Assembly: GCF_006345805.1 (NCBI RefSeq)
Contig: NW_021833065.1
Coordinates: 62,001 to 126,000 of the forward strand
DNA: 64,000 bases
Direction: 5' to 3'
DNA from: Octopus sinensis
Lineage: Eukaryota
Shown here: positions 1 to 13,167 of the stretch, piece after piece
How the letters are laid out: each line of letters begins with the position of its first letter
How positions within the stretch are numbered: position 1 is the first letter of the stretch
Made by a program: the position numbers and the translations under genes
Notes under the pieces: model-generated
Databases searched by the model: none
The model's input: only the letters and a program-made list of their open reading frames with translations
Told to the model about the DNA's origin: nothing

Positions 1-592
1 TTGATCCAGCAGATCCGTGATTATTATTTTCTGCTCAAAGATTAGTGTATGTAAGAAAGGGTGGGAGGGGTGGTTAAGACTACTACTTCCAGTAAGTCGG
101 GCGAATACATAGGAGAAAAGCTTTGTTGGAAAATGAAAATTTATCTTCACATATTTTTCTAGATAATTAATACCTACTATGAAAAATAATCAGTCATACC
201 ATTTGCTTTTGCAGTCACACCTTTCTTTTAAATATAAACAAACGTTAGTAGTGAACTAGATCACAAATTTTGCAGTAGCTGATACGCTCACTTGACCTTT
301 TCTATATGTAGATACATGCACGTGGTTGGTTAGTGACATGCAGTATAAAAAAACAGGGTTAGTGGCATAACGGTTATTGCCGCCCAGCTGTTATATTTCT
401 CAGTAAACATTTTCATATTTCTTTGCAGATTTGTCTGAATTTTGATATCAGTTATGTCCCTTGCTCTCTTTATTTCTCCATGTAACTTTTCGGTCATCGT
501 TACCAACGGCGATCACGTGTACTTTTTCTGATTGTTACGGGGATGGGGGGTTGAAGTTTACACAAACGCTTGACAATCATTATTCAATCAAT

Positions 593-646
<54 letters not shown>

Positions 647-772
647 GCCTCTTAGTGTGAGGCATTTATGTGTAATAATGCCCTCTATACAATATATATA
701 TATATATTATATATATATATATATATAAATGCCTCTTAGTGTGAGGCATTTATGTGTAATAATGCCCTCTAT

Positions 773-810
<38 letters not shown>

Positions 811-1509
811 GTGTGTGTGTGCGTGTGTATTAAAACAAAAATTGGGGCCCTCACAATCTTAGGGTAGTTCTCAAAAAAAAAAAAAACAAATTTATGAATC
901 GTCTTCAGACACTTGGAAATGAAATATAAAGTGGGTACATTTTCAGTTTTCGTGAAACTTCAGAAAATGTTCCCCTGTGTCTTAAGGAAGATGGTGAAAA
1001 TAATTACATCATGTCATTTTCAGCGATTGATTCGCATGTGTGTGGGGTGGTGGTGGTGGTGGTTAGAAGCCAGAATGAAAAACAAAATCAATCTATGTTC
1101 GTGTAGACACACGGAATTCCTTTAAAAAGAAATAAATTGCCTCTTACATTACCTGGTTTCTGTCATTCTAGTTGTAATTGGTACGAGCTCCCTTAAGTGT
1201 CCATTTACGTATTGCTTCGATCACGTTGTTTCGCCCGAGGTCTGGGTAACCAAAGGTATTCCAATCATGATCACATCGTCTTTGAATCCGTCATAATGTA
1301 TTTTTAAACTACGTTATCCAATAAGTCCTTTTCTTAAGACGTTAATATGTGATTTGAGAGGGAGATCTGCATTTGGCAGCTCGAGCGACTACGTAGAGTA
1401 CCGCTGGCACGCTATCGCGTTATTGAAGTTTGTGCTAGGTATTTTTCAGCCACGTGTTGTTATCTCTCCTTCTTTCTCTCTGTCTTTCTGTCTGTCTGTC
1501 TGTCTCTCT

Positions 1510-1578
<69 letters not shown>

Positions 1579-1924
1579 GCACACGCTCAGTAATAATAGA
1601 ATACAAAAGAACCTATAATGATATCTCGATAAAAATTGTATTTATGAGTATACAAATAAAACTTACCTTTAGAAATTTTTCATTCTCCGAAACAAAGTAT
1701 TTGACTGAAACTTTTTTCGTACAGTAAACCAACTTAGTTATTTTACTTTTGTAAAGCATTGGAGGATTGTTTGAGGGGTATATTTTATAGAAATCAGCAA
1801 CTGGTATAAAATTCCCATTAAATTGCATTTAACCTCACAATTTCCTTTCCTTCCCCCACCTAATCATTCTCTACCAATGATACGTGTAACAGGATGTTAG
1901 ATGTCTTTGCAGATAGAATATATT

Positions 1925-3330
1925 TCTGTTAGAAATCCTTGCGCACGCGGCATAACTACAGATGTATACTCCACCGAGTTTGTTGCCTCGTAATTTGCAG
2001 AAAAATGGATACTTTTTAATGAAACTTCCAACAAATAATCGCTTGGATCCTGTTGATTGAGTGTATTTAAAGATTTATTGGGGTAAAAAAATTCCGAGAG
2101 TTTGGGGAGAGGAGTTTCGGAAAATTCACACGACACATTTTCCCCCTCGTAACTTTCAGGAAAATGGGTACTTTTTAATAAAATTTTATACAAATATCTT
2201 TCAAACGCTATAGTTTACGATTACAAAGACATTTGTAGGCAAAATATTTTGGAAGTGGAGAGCTGAGGGAGGAGTTTCGGATCAGACGACCCACATAAGT
2301 TGGAATTTCTCCGTTTTGACGGGGATTTTTTCCCAATTCTTTTTCAGCACAGTCTTCGGAATGATGAGAAACATCTTTTTACGAAAAAAGAAAAAAAAAT
2401 TTTTTAGGATTTTTTTTTTTCACTCACCGATTTGGGCCTTCCCCCTCCACTTAGCACTTAAAAAACATGGGAGAAACCTTTTCGGTTAAAAAAAAAACAA
2501 TTTATCTTTTCAGAGGTGTGGGATTTAAGGGAAATTTGACTGTTGTTTCTAGCACATCGCAAAACCACCCTCGTTTTTTCTCTCTCAAAAATATGCAATG
2601 ATTTTTTTAGCCCCACTCACTGTCACCGATTGTTTCTGTTTATATAATTCTAAAATATTGGAGAGCCTGAGAAAATTATTGCTGGTATTTATCCAGTGAT
2701 GTTAATAAGTGATAGAAAAGATTGTTTATTTTGATAGTATAATTTTCTGTTAGAAAAAAATTTTTTTTCTTACACACATACACGGCCTCGCATGAAAACA
2801 TCAGCTTTTGGATGTGCTAGAAACAACAGCCAGATCTCCCTTAAATCACACATTTTCCTCTGAAATTATTAAATTTCTTTTTAACCAAAAATTTAAGTGT
2901 ATAGTGAAAAAAAAAAATTGGCTAAAATCGGTCTGGACAGGAGTGGGGAAAAATCATAAATTTTCAAATTTTTTTTTTTCATTCCAACTTGGGCCATCTG
3001 ATCTGAAACTCTGCCTCCTTCCAAAAAATCTTTTGCCAACAAATTTCTTTGTAATCATAATCTGCACTGTATTTGTATAAAATTTTATCAAGAAATACCC
3101 ATTTTCCTGAAAGTTATGAGGGGGGAAAATGTTGGGTTGTCTGAATTTTCTGAAGCTCCTCTACCCAACCCCTCAGAAAAATTTTTTCCAACAAATATTT
3201 GCATACACTCAATCTATAGGGTCTAAGCAATTATTTGTTCAAGTTTCATTAAAATGTATCCATTTTTCTGGAAGTTATGAAGCAACAAAGTCATCTATAG
3301 TTATGCCACACATGCTGTATCTTTAGAATT
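1925..3330. mobile_element. Fold-back/long-TIR element or inverted pair of a ~550-650-bp repeat
   Basis: 1938-2570 aligns in reverse complement to 2800-3320, e.g. gcagaaaaatggatactttttaatgaaactt versus aagtttcattaaaatgtatccatttttctgg. Confidence 0.7.
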
Positions 3331-3775
3331 TCTTCACAGCATTTATTTTGCTCACCTATTTTAAACATTACAAGTTAATTTCAGCTAGAATGTTATTTGA
3401 AGTTGTGTGGTCCAGCAGTTTTTTTTTTCTATTTGTTTTTTTGTTTTTTTTTCTAAACTAGAATTGTTTGTGTTTTGTAAATATTTCAATATTCTTTTCT
3501 TACATCTGAGATGATTATTTTGAATATGGTGTCAAAACATATTCTTTATGTGGTTGTTCATTTTGCTAGAAATAGCAACCAAATTTGCCTCATCGTATCT
3601 TGTCTGCTTTTTTTTTAATAAGTGATACCTAAATTGTCTAGGATGCACTATGCTTTAATGGTGGGGAGACAAGATGGAATGTCTACTCAATCAGGGCTGA
3701 GCAAGTGGCAGTCCAAATTTTGAATGCATGGTCTTTTTTTAAATTTTTTTCTGTTTAACAGTGAGCATCAACTGA

Positions 3776-3817
<42 letters not shown>

Positions 3818-5577
3818 TATATATACAGTTGATGCTACTTTTTGAAGGATAATGTTATTCCTTGCACTTTCAACATAGCAGAGACCATCCTTCTCTGACC
3901 AAATCTGATTTCTTTCTTATGAAAAAAAGAATTAATCCCAATACAGTACTATGTAATAAAAAGTTGTTAATAACATTTGAACAGAAATTTTTTAAAAATA
4001 AAAAAAGAATCCTTCACATCCTGTCATCAATATCTTGTTGCAAAACTTACAATGAAGATATTCTTTCATTGTTGTAAGAGTTCATAAGGCCTGTGTTTAG
4101 CTCTTGGGTCTTTTGCATTAAGCAGTCATAGTTACTTTTTTCAATGGTCTGGTATTGCTTCTGCAGTTATTTAAACTTAGATAGGTGCAGCCATGGCTTT
4201 GTGGTTAACTAGTTTTCCTTCTACCAAATCCACCTTTTGGATGAATTTGGTAGGCAGAAACTGAAAGAAGTCTGTGTGTATCTATCCATGTCCTGACATT
4301 ACATAATGATTGTAAAACAAGTGTCATTTGTTTCCAATCTTCTGTGAAAAACATGTTTGGCCATGAGGAAATATTACTTTGCTTGAAAACATGAGATTTC
4401 GCAACAGGAAGGGTATTTGGCCATAGAAAACCTGCTTCACCAAAGTTCTGTCTGATCCATGCACATGTATGGAAAAGTCAACCTTTAAACAATGTTGACA
4501 ATTTGTATATTGCCCATTGATATACAATGAAGCACCTCAAAATGCTCATTTACAATTAGGGAGATTAATCAGACATTCAGTTTATGTCTAGATTGGTGAG
4601 CACTAGCATTGTTGGTTACAGTTTTTTCTTGGGAGAAATCCTTGTTTCACTCATTTACGGAGTTATTTGTTGCCACAAATATACCGCAGACAAAAGGCAA
4701 ACTCTTTAGCCAGTAAACTTGTGCACAACTACAAAGAAATGTGACTAGTAGTATTGATGCTAGAGATGAATACTGTCTTTTCTGTAGTCCATACCACTTC
4801 AGAAAAAGGCACATCAGGTTTTTCATTAAGTGTCTCAGATAAGTTGTTGCTAATAAGATTTTAATTCTTCAAATTATTAACATCATCTTTAGAGATGAAA
4901 CGTTTTTTAATACATCTTATGTTTTGAGATTTGACTCCTTTTTACATAAAAACATTCTTTTTGCATCTCATTAAAATGCTGCCATTTAGGGATTTTTGTC
5001 TCCAAAAAATTAAGCTCTGACAATGAAGATTAATAATTTGAATTTTCAGCTACTACTTGCATTTGAATCAACTATCATTATTTTATAAGCATGTCATAAT
5101 TCAGTGATATTTACTTTTGGTAAAATGCTTTCCACATTGTTACTGATTTCTAACTTTGAGGGAAGATTATTGATTTAATCAACCCCAGAATTTCATTATT
5201 TTATCAATTGTGAAAAGAATAATAAAGTTACAGTCTTTGTAATTTGAACTCAAAATGTCAAAACTTGACTAAATAAGAACTTTGTTTCTCTGTCAACTGG
5301 TCACCACCCTAACATTCCACTTTATTAATGTTTATTGTAAATAGAATTATTCTCTCTCCAGGAATATATAGTCATTAGTTTCATTTTTGACAAAATTTCA
5401 GTTGAGTAAATTTTGGTTAAAAATCACAAAGTCAACTGCACTTTATTTTTCCAAGTGTTGTTTAAAATGTACACATTTTTAATATCAATTTGTATAAATT
5501 ACATTTTTTTGATTCTTGCTTTAATGACAAGGGTTAATGTTTTTGCTTTTTTTTAATGCTGCTTACTCTTTCATCAG

Positions 5578-5770
5578 GTCAGCTTGCTAGAATATCGTAA
5601 AAGGTTAAAAGAGAAGAAAGATCCAAATGCTGCTTCTGCATACTCACAAGGCAAGGTGTCAACAAAGTCAACTCCAGTTCCAGCTGATAAAGCTCCAACA
5701 TTAGCTGTACTCCCCTTATTTGTTGAACCTGTTAGTCCTGCAAAAGAAAACGAGTCATCAGAAGTAAAAG
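5578..5770 (+). CDS. KMT2E: Internal coding exon of a KMT2E(MLL5)/SETD5/UpSET-family gene (VSLLEYRKRLKEKK...EVK), phase 0->1
   Basis: Pyrimidine tract with CAG acceptor (AG 5576-5577) and AAG|GTATTT donor at 5771. The translation starts VSLLEYRKR, matching the KKKVSLLEYRKR motif I recall from KMT2E/SETD5. The downstream Pro/Gln-rich tail resembles KMT2E. PHD/SET exons would lie upstream of the window. Confidence 0.78.
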
Positions 5771-6091
5771 GTATTTTGCAATTTATTCTTGTTAATCTAA
5801 TTCTGAAATGTATTTTAGTTAGTTTCCCTGTTTGAGTGAGACAGGGCTTAGGTGACCATTTTGTTGTAACAATCTAAAAAAGACTGAAATAATGATTAAA
5901 ATACAAAGCTCTTTCACATAGTCTGCAAAGCAAGTTTTAAGATATAATTTGTTAAATTTGCTATTTTGTAACTAAAAAAGAAAATTTAATGAGGAAATTT
6001 GATATTTGATCAAGTATTACAATGCAGTCCTTTTTTTTTTTTTTTTATAACAAAATTCTTAGAAAAGCAACTAATTATTTTTTTTGTTTAA

Positions 6092-6311
6092 CCCTTTCAT
6101 TACTGTATTTATTCTGAAATGCTCTGTGTTCCTTTCAATTACTTTAAATATAACAAAGAATTTAGTAAAATAGCTTAGTTATCATTCAGCTAGTGTTAGG
6201 GACATAAATTATGACTAAGGTTTGGTGGAAGAATTTAATTCAAAACTTATGAAAACTAGACATTTGTACTCAAAGCCAGAGCCAGTTTCAGCCAGGTTGG
6301 TAATGAAAGAG
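6092..6311. mobile_element. piggyBac-type MITE
   Basis: TTAA on both sides (6088-6091, 6312-6315). TIRs ccctttcattac / gtaatgaaagag. Confidence 0.75.
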
Positions 6312-6746
6312 TTAACAAGGGTTGAAGGTATTGGTTTTCTGAACCTCAGTGTTACTAATGGTATTTTATTTTATCAATCTTAGGAGAACCATCACTTTTC
6401 AGCTCTGACACTCAGGTGAAGCCCCAAAATAGATATAATTGATTTCTCTATTCTGTGTGGCAGTTTTGGTAATGATTTTCTTGTTTTGTTTTGTTTTGTT
6501 TTTAACTGCATATAAAATATTTTCATTTTCCAATATCAAATTTCTTACTGAAATAGAAATTCATTTAGTCATGTTCTCTAATTTCATTACAATTGGGAGT
6601 GTTTCTTGTACACAAGAAATTTCAAAATCTGCTACTATTAGTTGCACTTGAATTGTTCATGTATTAATTTCCTTATTTTACAGAAATAAAATAATTCTTG
6701 ATTAGTGAAAAATTATTTTCTCTTACTTGAATTTTATTCCTATTAG

Positions 6747-6860
6747 AACATCGAGACAAAAAGTCTGAGTCACGATGGACAGAAAAACCTATGAGTCTCA
6801 CAGAAAGGTTACGGCAAGAATTTGGTCTTGAAGAAAGCGATGAAGAGGAAAACAAAACTG
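6747..6860 (+). CDS. KMT2E: Coding exon of the same gene (EHRDKKSESRWTEKPMSLTERLRQEFGLEESDEEENKT), phase 1->1
   Basis: ttttattcctattAG acceptor and CTG|GTATGA donor. 114 bp, open and in phase with the previous exon. Confidence 0.85.
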
Positions 6861-7079
6861 GTATGAATTTTCAGTTCAATATTTTATAGAAAATTTATAG
6901 TTGTTGTGTCAGACATGTTATTTTGATTGGTCATAATAATTAAGCACTTGAATTTCCAGAAAGATATTATGTAATCAAGTGTAGCTTATTTTACATTATT
7001 GATAAAACATTTGTACAAAAATTATGAGTATTTTCTAGTTTTTAAATTATTGGGTCTCTCTTATAATAATGAAATTATT

Positions 7080-7672
7080 GTATACAGTGCTCAGGTGCAC
7101 CACAACATGTCAGAAAGTGCGTATAAAGTATATGCAGTAATGTACAAATGTCTGGAAAGCGAACAATGTATGAGTCAGATACATGCTTGTGTGTGTATGG
7201 AGGGGAGAAAATCAGGTGTAGTGTTGGCGAATCTCAGAAAGCATGGAAGTTTTGAAGGATGCAGTGCTCCGACAACTAACAACTGATGCCGGCAGTTTGT
7301 TCCATGCTTCAGCAACTCTCAGCGTGAAAAAATGTTTCCGAAAGTCATGGGAGCTGTGCTGTTTTCTGACTTTATAAATATGTCCACGGGTGTTAGACGG
7401 GTGGAGTCTGAAAAGGTGCTCAGAGTTATTGTTTGTAAGATGGTTAATAATTTTATGGGTGTCTGTGCCAAGTCAGCTGTCAGACATCGGAGTTTCAATG
7501 TGTCCATGCCCAGGAAAGTAAGGCGTTCAGAATATGGCAAATGCCTGATGGAGGATATTCTTTTGGTTGCACGTCGCTGAACGGCTTCCAGACGATTAAT
7601 ATCCAGGGCAAGATAGGGGTTCCAGACCGGTGATGCAAATTCCAGGTGAGGTCTTACCATAGCTATATAAAG
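7080..7672 (-). mobile_element. 5'-truncated CR1-group LINE (ORF2 C-terminus plus 3'UTR)
   Basis: ORF 7319-7660 reads VRPHLEFASPVWNPY...LEAVQRRATKRI...LPYSERL, typical of the CR1 ORF2 end. Confidence 0.85.
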
Positions 7673-8264
7673 CCATTTTTCTTATCTACATTATAAGGAA
7701 AAAGTTATTAAGAAATTATCCTATATCAAATAATTTATAGTTGCGAGTCACAAGTTAGTTTAATAAAAGTTGTGTGTCACTTGCACCTATTTGGTTCATA
7801 ATTTGTTTAATATGACGTCTTAATTTAAATAATCCAGTTTTTAAATTATTCTCTCCATTTGTTCTTTGGAAGCTAAAATTAACAATTGATCCCTATGCAT
7901 GTCCGCATTTTTTTTTTAACTATTTTTTTTAATCAGAAATTATTGTGTGTTTATGTATAATCTGCAAATTTACTGTGTAGTGAGTTTAATGAATATTTCC
8001 TTAATTTTGTAATTTTCATTAAAAACCTTCCCCTCTTTTTAACAATGTCTTTCAAGTAATTAAGATACTTTGCTTTCATGTTGAAGTTAACAAGAATTGT
8101 TTTTTGAGTGTTCTTCATTTATTGAAAGCTTCAAAAGTGATAGAGAATTTTTTTTATATATAAATTAATTTTATTGGTTTTAAAGAAAATGAATTGTAAT
8201 AATTTTTATTTTGTTATGAATAATCAAAACAAGTGTTGACAGTATTCCACAAATACCTTTTTAG

Positions 8265-8375
8265 AATCGAAATGGCATTGTAAAAGGCAGTCTGTACAAA
8301 CTCCCCCACCCCCTCCACCACCACCTAGCAGTGTGCAACCTCATCTACATCACCCTGGCAACCCTTCTGGTGAGG
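8265..8375 (+). CDS. KMT2E: Coding exon not in the ORF track (ESKWHCKRQSVQTPPPPPPPPSSVQPHLHHPGNPSGE), phase 1->1
   Basis: cctttttAG acceptor (8263-8264) and G|GTGAGT donor (8376). 111 bp open, with a polyproline run like the later exons. Confidence 0.82.
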
Positions 8376-9275
8376 GTGAGTTTTTTTGTATATTTATGTC
8401 TTGTCCTGCTTGTTAACTCTGCCTGATACTATGTCTTCTGTTGTTCATAAGCTCAGTGTATACACATCTGCAAGTGATATTTTGCTTAATTAATTGCACA
8501 AATATTGATGTCTTCACAACTGGTCTGTCTTAGAATGCAGCATCTCATTGTTTGTTTCTATCATATTTCTTTAGCTTCATTATTTTTGTCATGTTTTCTG
8601 AGAAGTATTTTATTTCTGAATTTTTAAAACTTAGTTTATAAACTTTCTTTTAAAATTTTTTGTAGAATAGGTACAAACTTGGTTGTGTGGTTAAGAATAT
8701 CAATTCACAACCATGTAGTTTTGAGTTCATTACCATATATGACACCTTGGGTAAGTGTCTTTGGCTGTGGTCCCAAACCAATCAATGCCTTGTGATTGAA
8801 TTTGGTAAATGGAAACTGCACAGAAGCCCATCATATATTTATATACATATCTTTGTGTTTGTCTCTCGCTGCATAACCACCTCTGTTGGTCTGCTTACGC
8901 AACCCATAACTAAGCAGTTTGGCAAAAAGAGAATGTACGGAGGTAGATTTGATCAATTAAATTCTTTAAGGCAGTACTCAAGCATGGCTACAGTCCATGA
9001 CTGAAGCCAGTAAAAGAGAATAATGCTACTGTTAAGAGTTTTTACAGGTTTTTGTATAACTATTTATATTTTGATGTTGTTCTTGTCTAAATAGCAGATG
9101 TAAAATATTTTCTTTGTAAGCTTTTTATTGTCTTATTTTTGTTCAATAAAGTATTGGAGAAGTTTTTGATATTGTATTTCTCTGTTCTTGTGAATGTGTG
9201 ATTATGGGCTGTTCTGTTTGTTTCTTCAATGGTAATTATTACCAAATTTACTCTCTTCTTTGGCATTTGGCATAT

Positions 9276-9357
<82 letters not shown>

Positions 9358-12142
9358 TTCCTTATTTCTTTCTTCTTGCATGTTAAATACGCATTTTTAA
9401 GTATAGGTTTCTTTTTTGTTTTGTTATAGCTGTGCCAATGTAGCCATTATTGCACCAGATTTTAGTTCAATTGTACTTCATTGTAGATACTGTGAATCCT
9501 TTTATTTTTTTTCCTATGTATGATACTCTCTCAAAATTTTCTAACATAAAAATGTAAATATGCACTAACTAAATTAGTTTTGAAAATCAGGTTGGGTTTT
9601 GATTATGAATTATTCTGAAATCTTTTAGTTGAGATAAAAACTCAAAAGTATGGTACACGGATGACTGAAAATATATTTAATTCCTTTTGCCCATATTTTA
9701 AAAAGTTTCTCAGCATATCAAAAATTAATTGCATTTTTCATACATCAAAAGAATTATATTGTGCAATGGTTTCTTCAATTAAATATAATCAAAACAGAAA
9801 TGCATCTGATGGGTCTAAAAAATAAGTTAAAATTAACTCAAAGAAACTTGGAAAGTAAAATGTGAACTGAAATGGTATAGATTTGATTAGAAGGGAGTTA
9901 TGTGAAGTGAACAAAAGTTTATTTGTAAGTACTAGAGTACAAATAGGAAACCTTAATTTAATGAGGAATATCTTCAGATCTGTCTATATTTTAATACTCT
10001 CTTGTATCACCTTCTACTAGCTATCATTCTCTCCCTTATTGTTTACATCTCCTACTGTTTCCATGCTGTTATCACTCACTCATTCTCTCCTAATATGACA
10101 CATCTTTATCACTGTCCCATTTAGTTGCTCATGCTGTTTTTCTATTCAACTTTCTTCCATATTAAACTGCCCCACCACCATCATATTCATATTTGATACT
10201 GTCTTCTGTCACTTTTGGTCACTTGTGCCTTGAAAAGAACATTGCATAGAGAGGGCTTCTTAGTCTCACAAAGAACATGGCAACCTCTCGTGTTGCTACC
10301 ACATTAAAATGTACCCAGTACACTTGATAAAGTGGCTGGCATTTGAGTGAAGACAATGTAGTTGGTACCCAATGCACTTTGTAAAACGGCTGGTGTTAAG
10401 AAATCCCACCATAGAAACCATACCAAAAATAGAAGCTATAAGCAAGTTGTCTTCCAACCAATCTGGGACTACAGTAACTCCAAAAATAAGTCCTGGTTTG
10501 AGTTGTGATAACTCATCCAACATGGGAAATAGGTATAAATGTTGATGATGAATAATGAACATTTACACCTTGATGGTATTCAGTGAGAATCCATTGCCAG
10601 TCTTAACACATTCATTTCATTACATGATGCATTGTTGTCATTTTTTCTTGCAATGTATGCAACCTTTTCATTGAAGGTTTTATAAATTTTTCTTTGTACA
10701 CTTATGAGAAAGGCTGTAGAATGTAACAGTTGCCTTGAAGAATTTGTGTTTTTAATGTATCAGATATCTCAAATAGGTAACTTATATTTATTATATGACA
10801 GTAGTTGTTAGCATTATTGAACAAGAAATAATCTTGTTTGTTTAGATGAAGGACAATATTTTATGCACAACATAAATCAGAAGAACTGAAATAGTTTTAA
10901 ATATTACAAGGCCTCACTGAGAGTGAAATAATAATGAAAATACATTCTTTCTATGCTATTGATGTGTGGAATAAAGAAGAGTCTCTTGACGAACTGTTTT
11001 ACAATGTTGACCACTCTTAGAGAAAACCCGGAGAATCCCTCCTGCTTTTTTCCGTACACCAGTATCAAAAAGAAAGCATTTACATTTTTAGTTTGGCCTG
11101 TAATAAAGGTGAAATAAAATTAAATGTATACAGTAAATATATGCTTACTTACAAGTATCTTCTTACCTATTTCAACTAAACTTAAAGATGCAATAGATTC
11201 TAATAGTTTTGTATCTCTTTTGGATTGAAATAGATTTTTTTTCCACTCATTAACCAAACTTCTAGCTGTCAGTGTGACATTCCAAGTTTCCAAAATGTTC
11301 CTAAATTTGTTATTTTTGATGTTAACTATTTCTATAGTCTACAATACAGAGGCTTTCCTCAAATCAGAAGAACTGAAATACAGTTACATGCCAAACATAT
11401 AGATGTATTTGCATTGGGGATCTTTATAAGATTACATAAGTGTAAGGCATACATAGAACACTTGCTAAGCATGCCTTGGACATTTTGCTTCATTAAACAA
11501 GCCATTTATCTAAAGCATGAATATTTGGTAACAACTCTTGTGGTATGAAATCTGAACATTAAGAATTTTCTTTCTTTCTTGTTTTTTTTATGGTCTTTAC
11601 AACCAAACTGTTATATTTTGTAAAAGCTTGTGTTGCTGTTAAAGTATTTGTTTTAATTTTGAGGTTTGTTTTTATTCACTTTGTCAACTGTTTGCTTTAA
11701 ATTCAAATGTTTAACAGCACTATTAATAGATATTTTTGAATGTTTTATTTCCAATATTTCTTCATCTGTTTTGAGCAGTGAGTTGAAAAAGTCAGTGAAA
11801 CATTTCACTATTGCCCTAGGTTTTCAGTATTCTGTTTCATCTGTGTATATTTTCAGTTGATATCCCATTATTATGAACTTTGGGGCAATATATATAAACA
11901 AACAGGTAAAAATACTGAGGGTCATTTGTATGCATTCAAGAAATCAATATTTCTTAACCACAAAAACTAGAGATTAAAAAAAAACTAATATAAATTTTGA
12001 TTGCTTGAGTTAAAAAATTTTCTCTAAAAATTTTTTTTCTTTTCAGTTATTTCTCTGATTGAAAATTTGTTTATTGCACTGTATTTGTGTGAAACCTACC
12101 AAAAATAATTTAGTAATTAATAATTTTTAATTTCCATTTTAG

Positions 12143-12709
12143 AATTGTTGGCAGAACCATTGCCTGTTGCTCCAAGTCATTCTGTACTAACACAGTACCC
12201 TCCCTTACAAAATCAACTGCAAGGGTCTATGCTCTCGGGAAGACCTCCTTTACCACCACCACCACCACCACCTCATCAATCTCGACTGCTGATACCAAAT
12301 CAAAGTACTCCACTCCCACCTCCTCCCCCACCACCATCTACTGTTGCTGTTTCTGAAAGTCCAGTAATACCTTCTTTGATGTCTATTCAGACATATCACC
12401 AGCGATTTCAAGCTCCAGCTGGTCAACCTGGACCACCACCACCACTGCCAACTCAGAATCAGCTCCCACCTCCTCCTCCACAACAGGTCCCTCCACCTGG
12501 ACCAGTGGTCTCAGCAGCCCCACCACCTCCCCCTCCTATGCCCCTCATAACATCACCTCGTCCTCCATGTGTAGTTGGCCCTCCTCCACCTCCTCCAAAT
12601 GTTCAGGCAGTTCCTCAACAGCCACCACCTCCACAACAGCAGCCTCAGCAGCAACCTCCTCCACCATTACCCCAAATATCACAACATCACACACATTATG
12701 CCTATCAAG
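12143..12709 (+). CDS. KMT2E: Proline/glutamine-rich coding exon, phase 1->1
   Basis: tttccattttAG acceptor and AAG|GTAAGT donor (12710). Overlaps ORF 12145-12735. Confidence 0.9.
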
Positions 12710-12871
12710 GTAAGTTGCTATATATAGTCAATTAATACTTTTTAAGGTAGATAATTATATTTTCAAACTGAAATTACAAATAAAAAGTAAAAATTTCGTG
12801 AAACATTTTAATAAAAAAAAACAAAGGGAAATGTCTAATGGGTTTTTAAAATATTATATGTTATAAATATT

Positions 12872-13167
12872 GAAAGACTCCGCCGGTTACGACAACGAGG
12901 GTCCCAGCTGATACAATCAACGGAACAGCTTGCTCGTGAAAATAACGTGTACCCTTAACGTAGTTCTCGGGGATAATCAGCGTGACACAGAGAGTGACAA
13001 GGCTGACCCTTTGAAATACAAGTACAACTCATTTTTGCCAGCTGAGTGGACTGGAGCAACATGAAATAAAGTGTCTTGCTCAAGGACACAACGTGTCGCC
13101 GGGAATCAAACTCACAACTTTACGATCATGAGTCGAATGCCCTAACCACTAAGCCACGCGCCCTCAC
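12872..13167 (-). mobile_element. Young tRNA-derived SINE
   Basis: Minus strand has A box TGGCTTAGTGG and B-box-like GTTTGATTCC. CpGs are retained. 11-bp TSD ttataaatatt at 12861-12871 and 13168-13178. Confidence 0.85.

Noticed and set aside
13090-13165. tRNA gene
   Set aside because: A/B boxes belong to a SINE head continuing into a SINE body with TSDs; no full cloverleaf.
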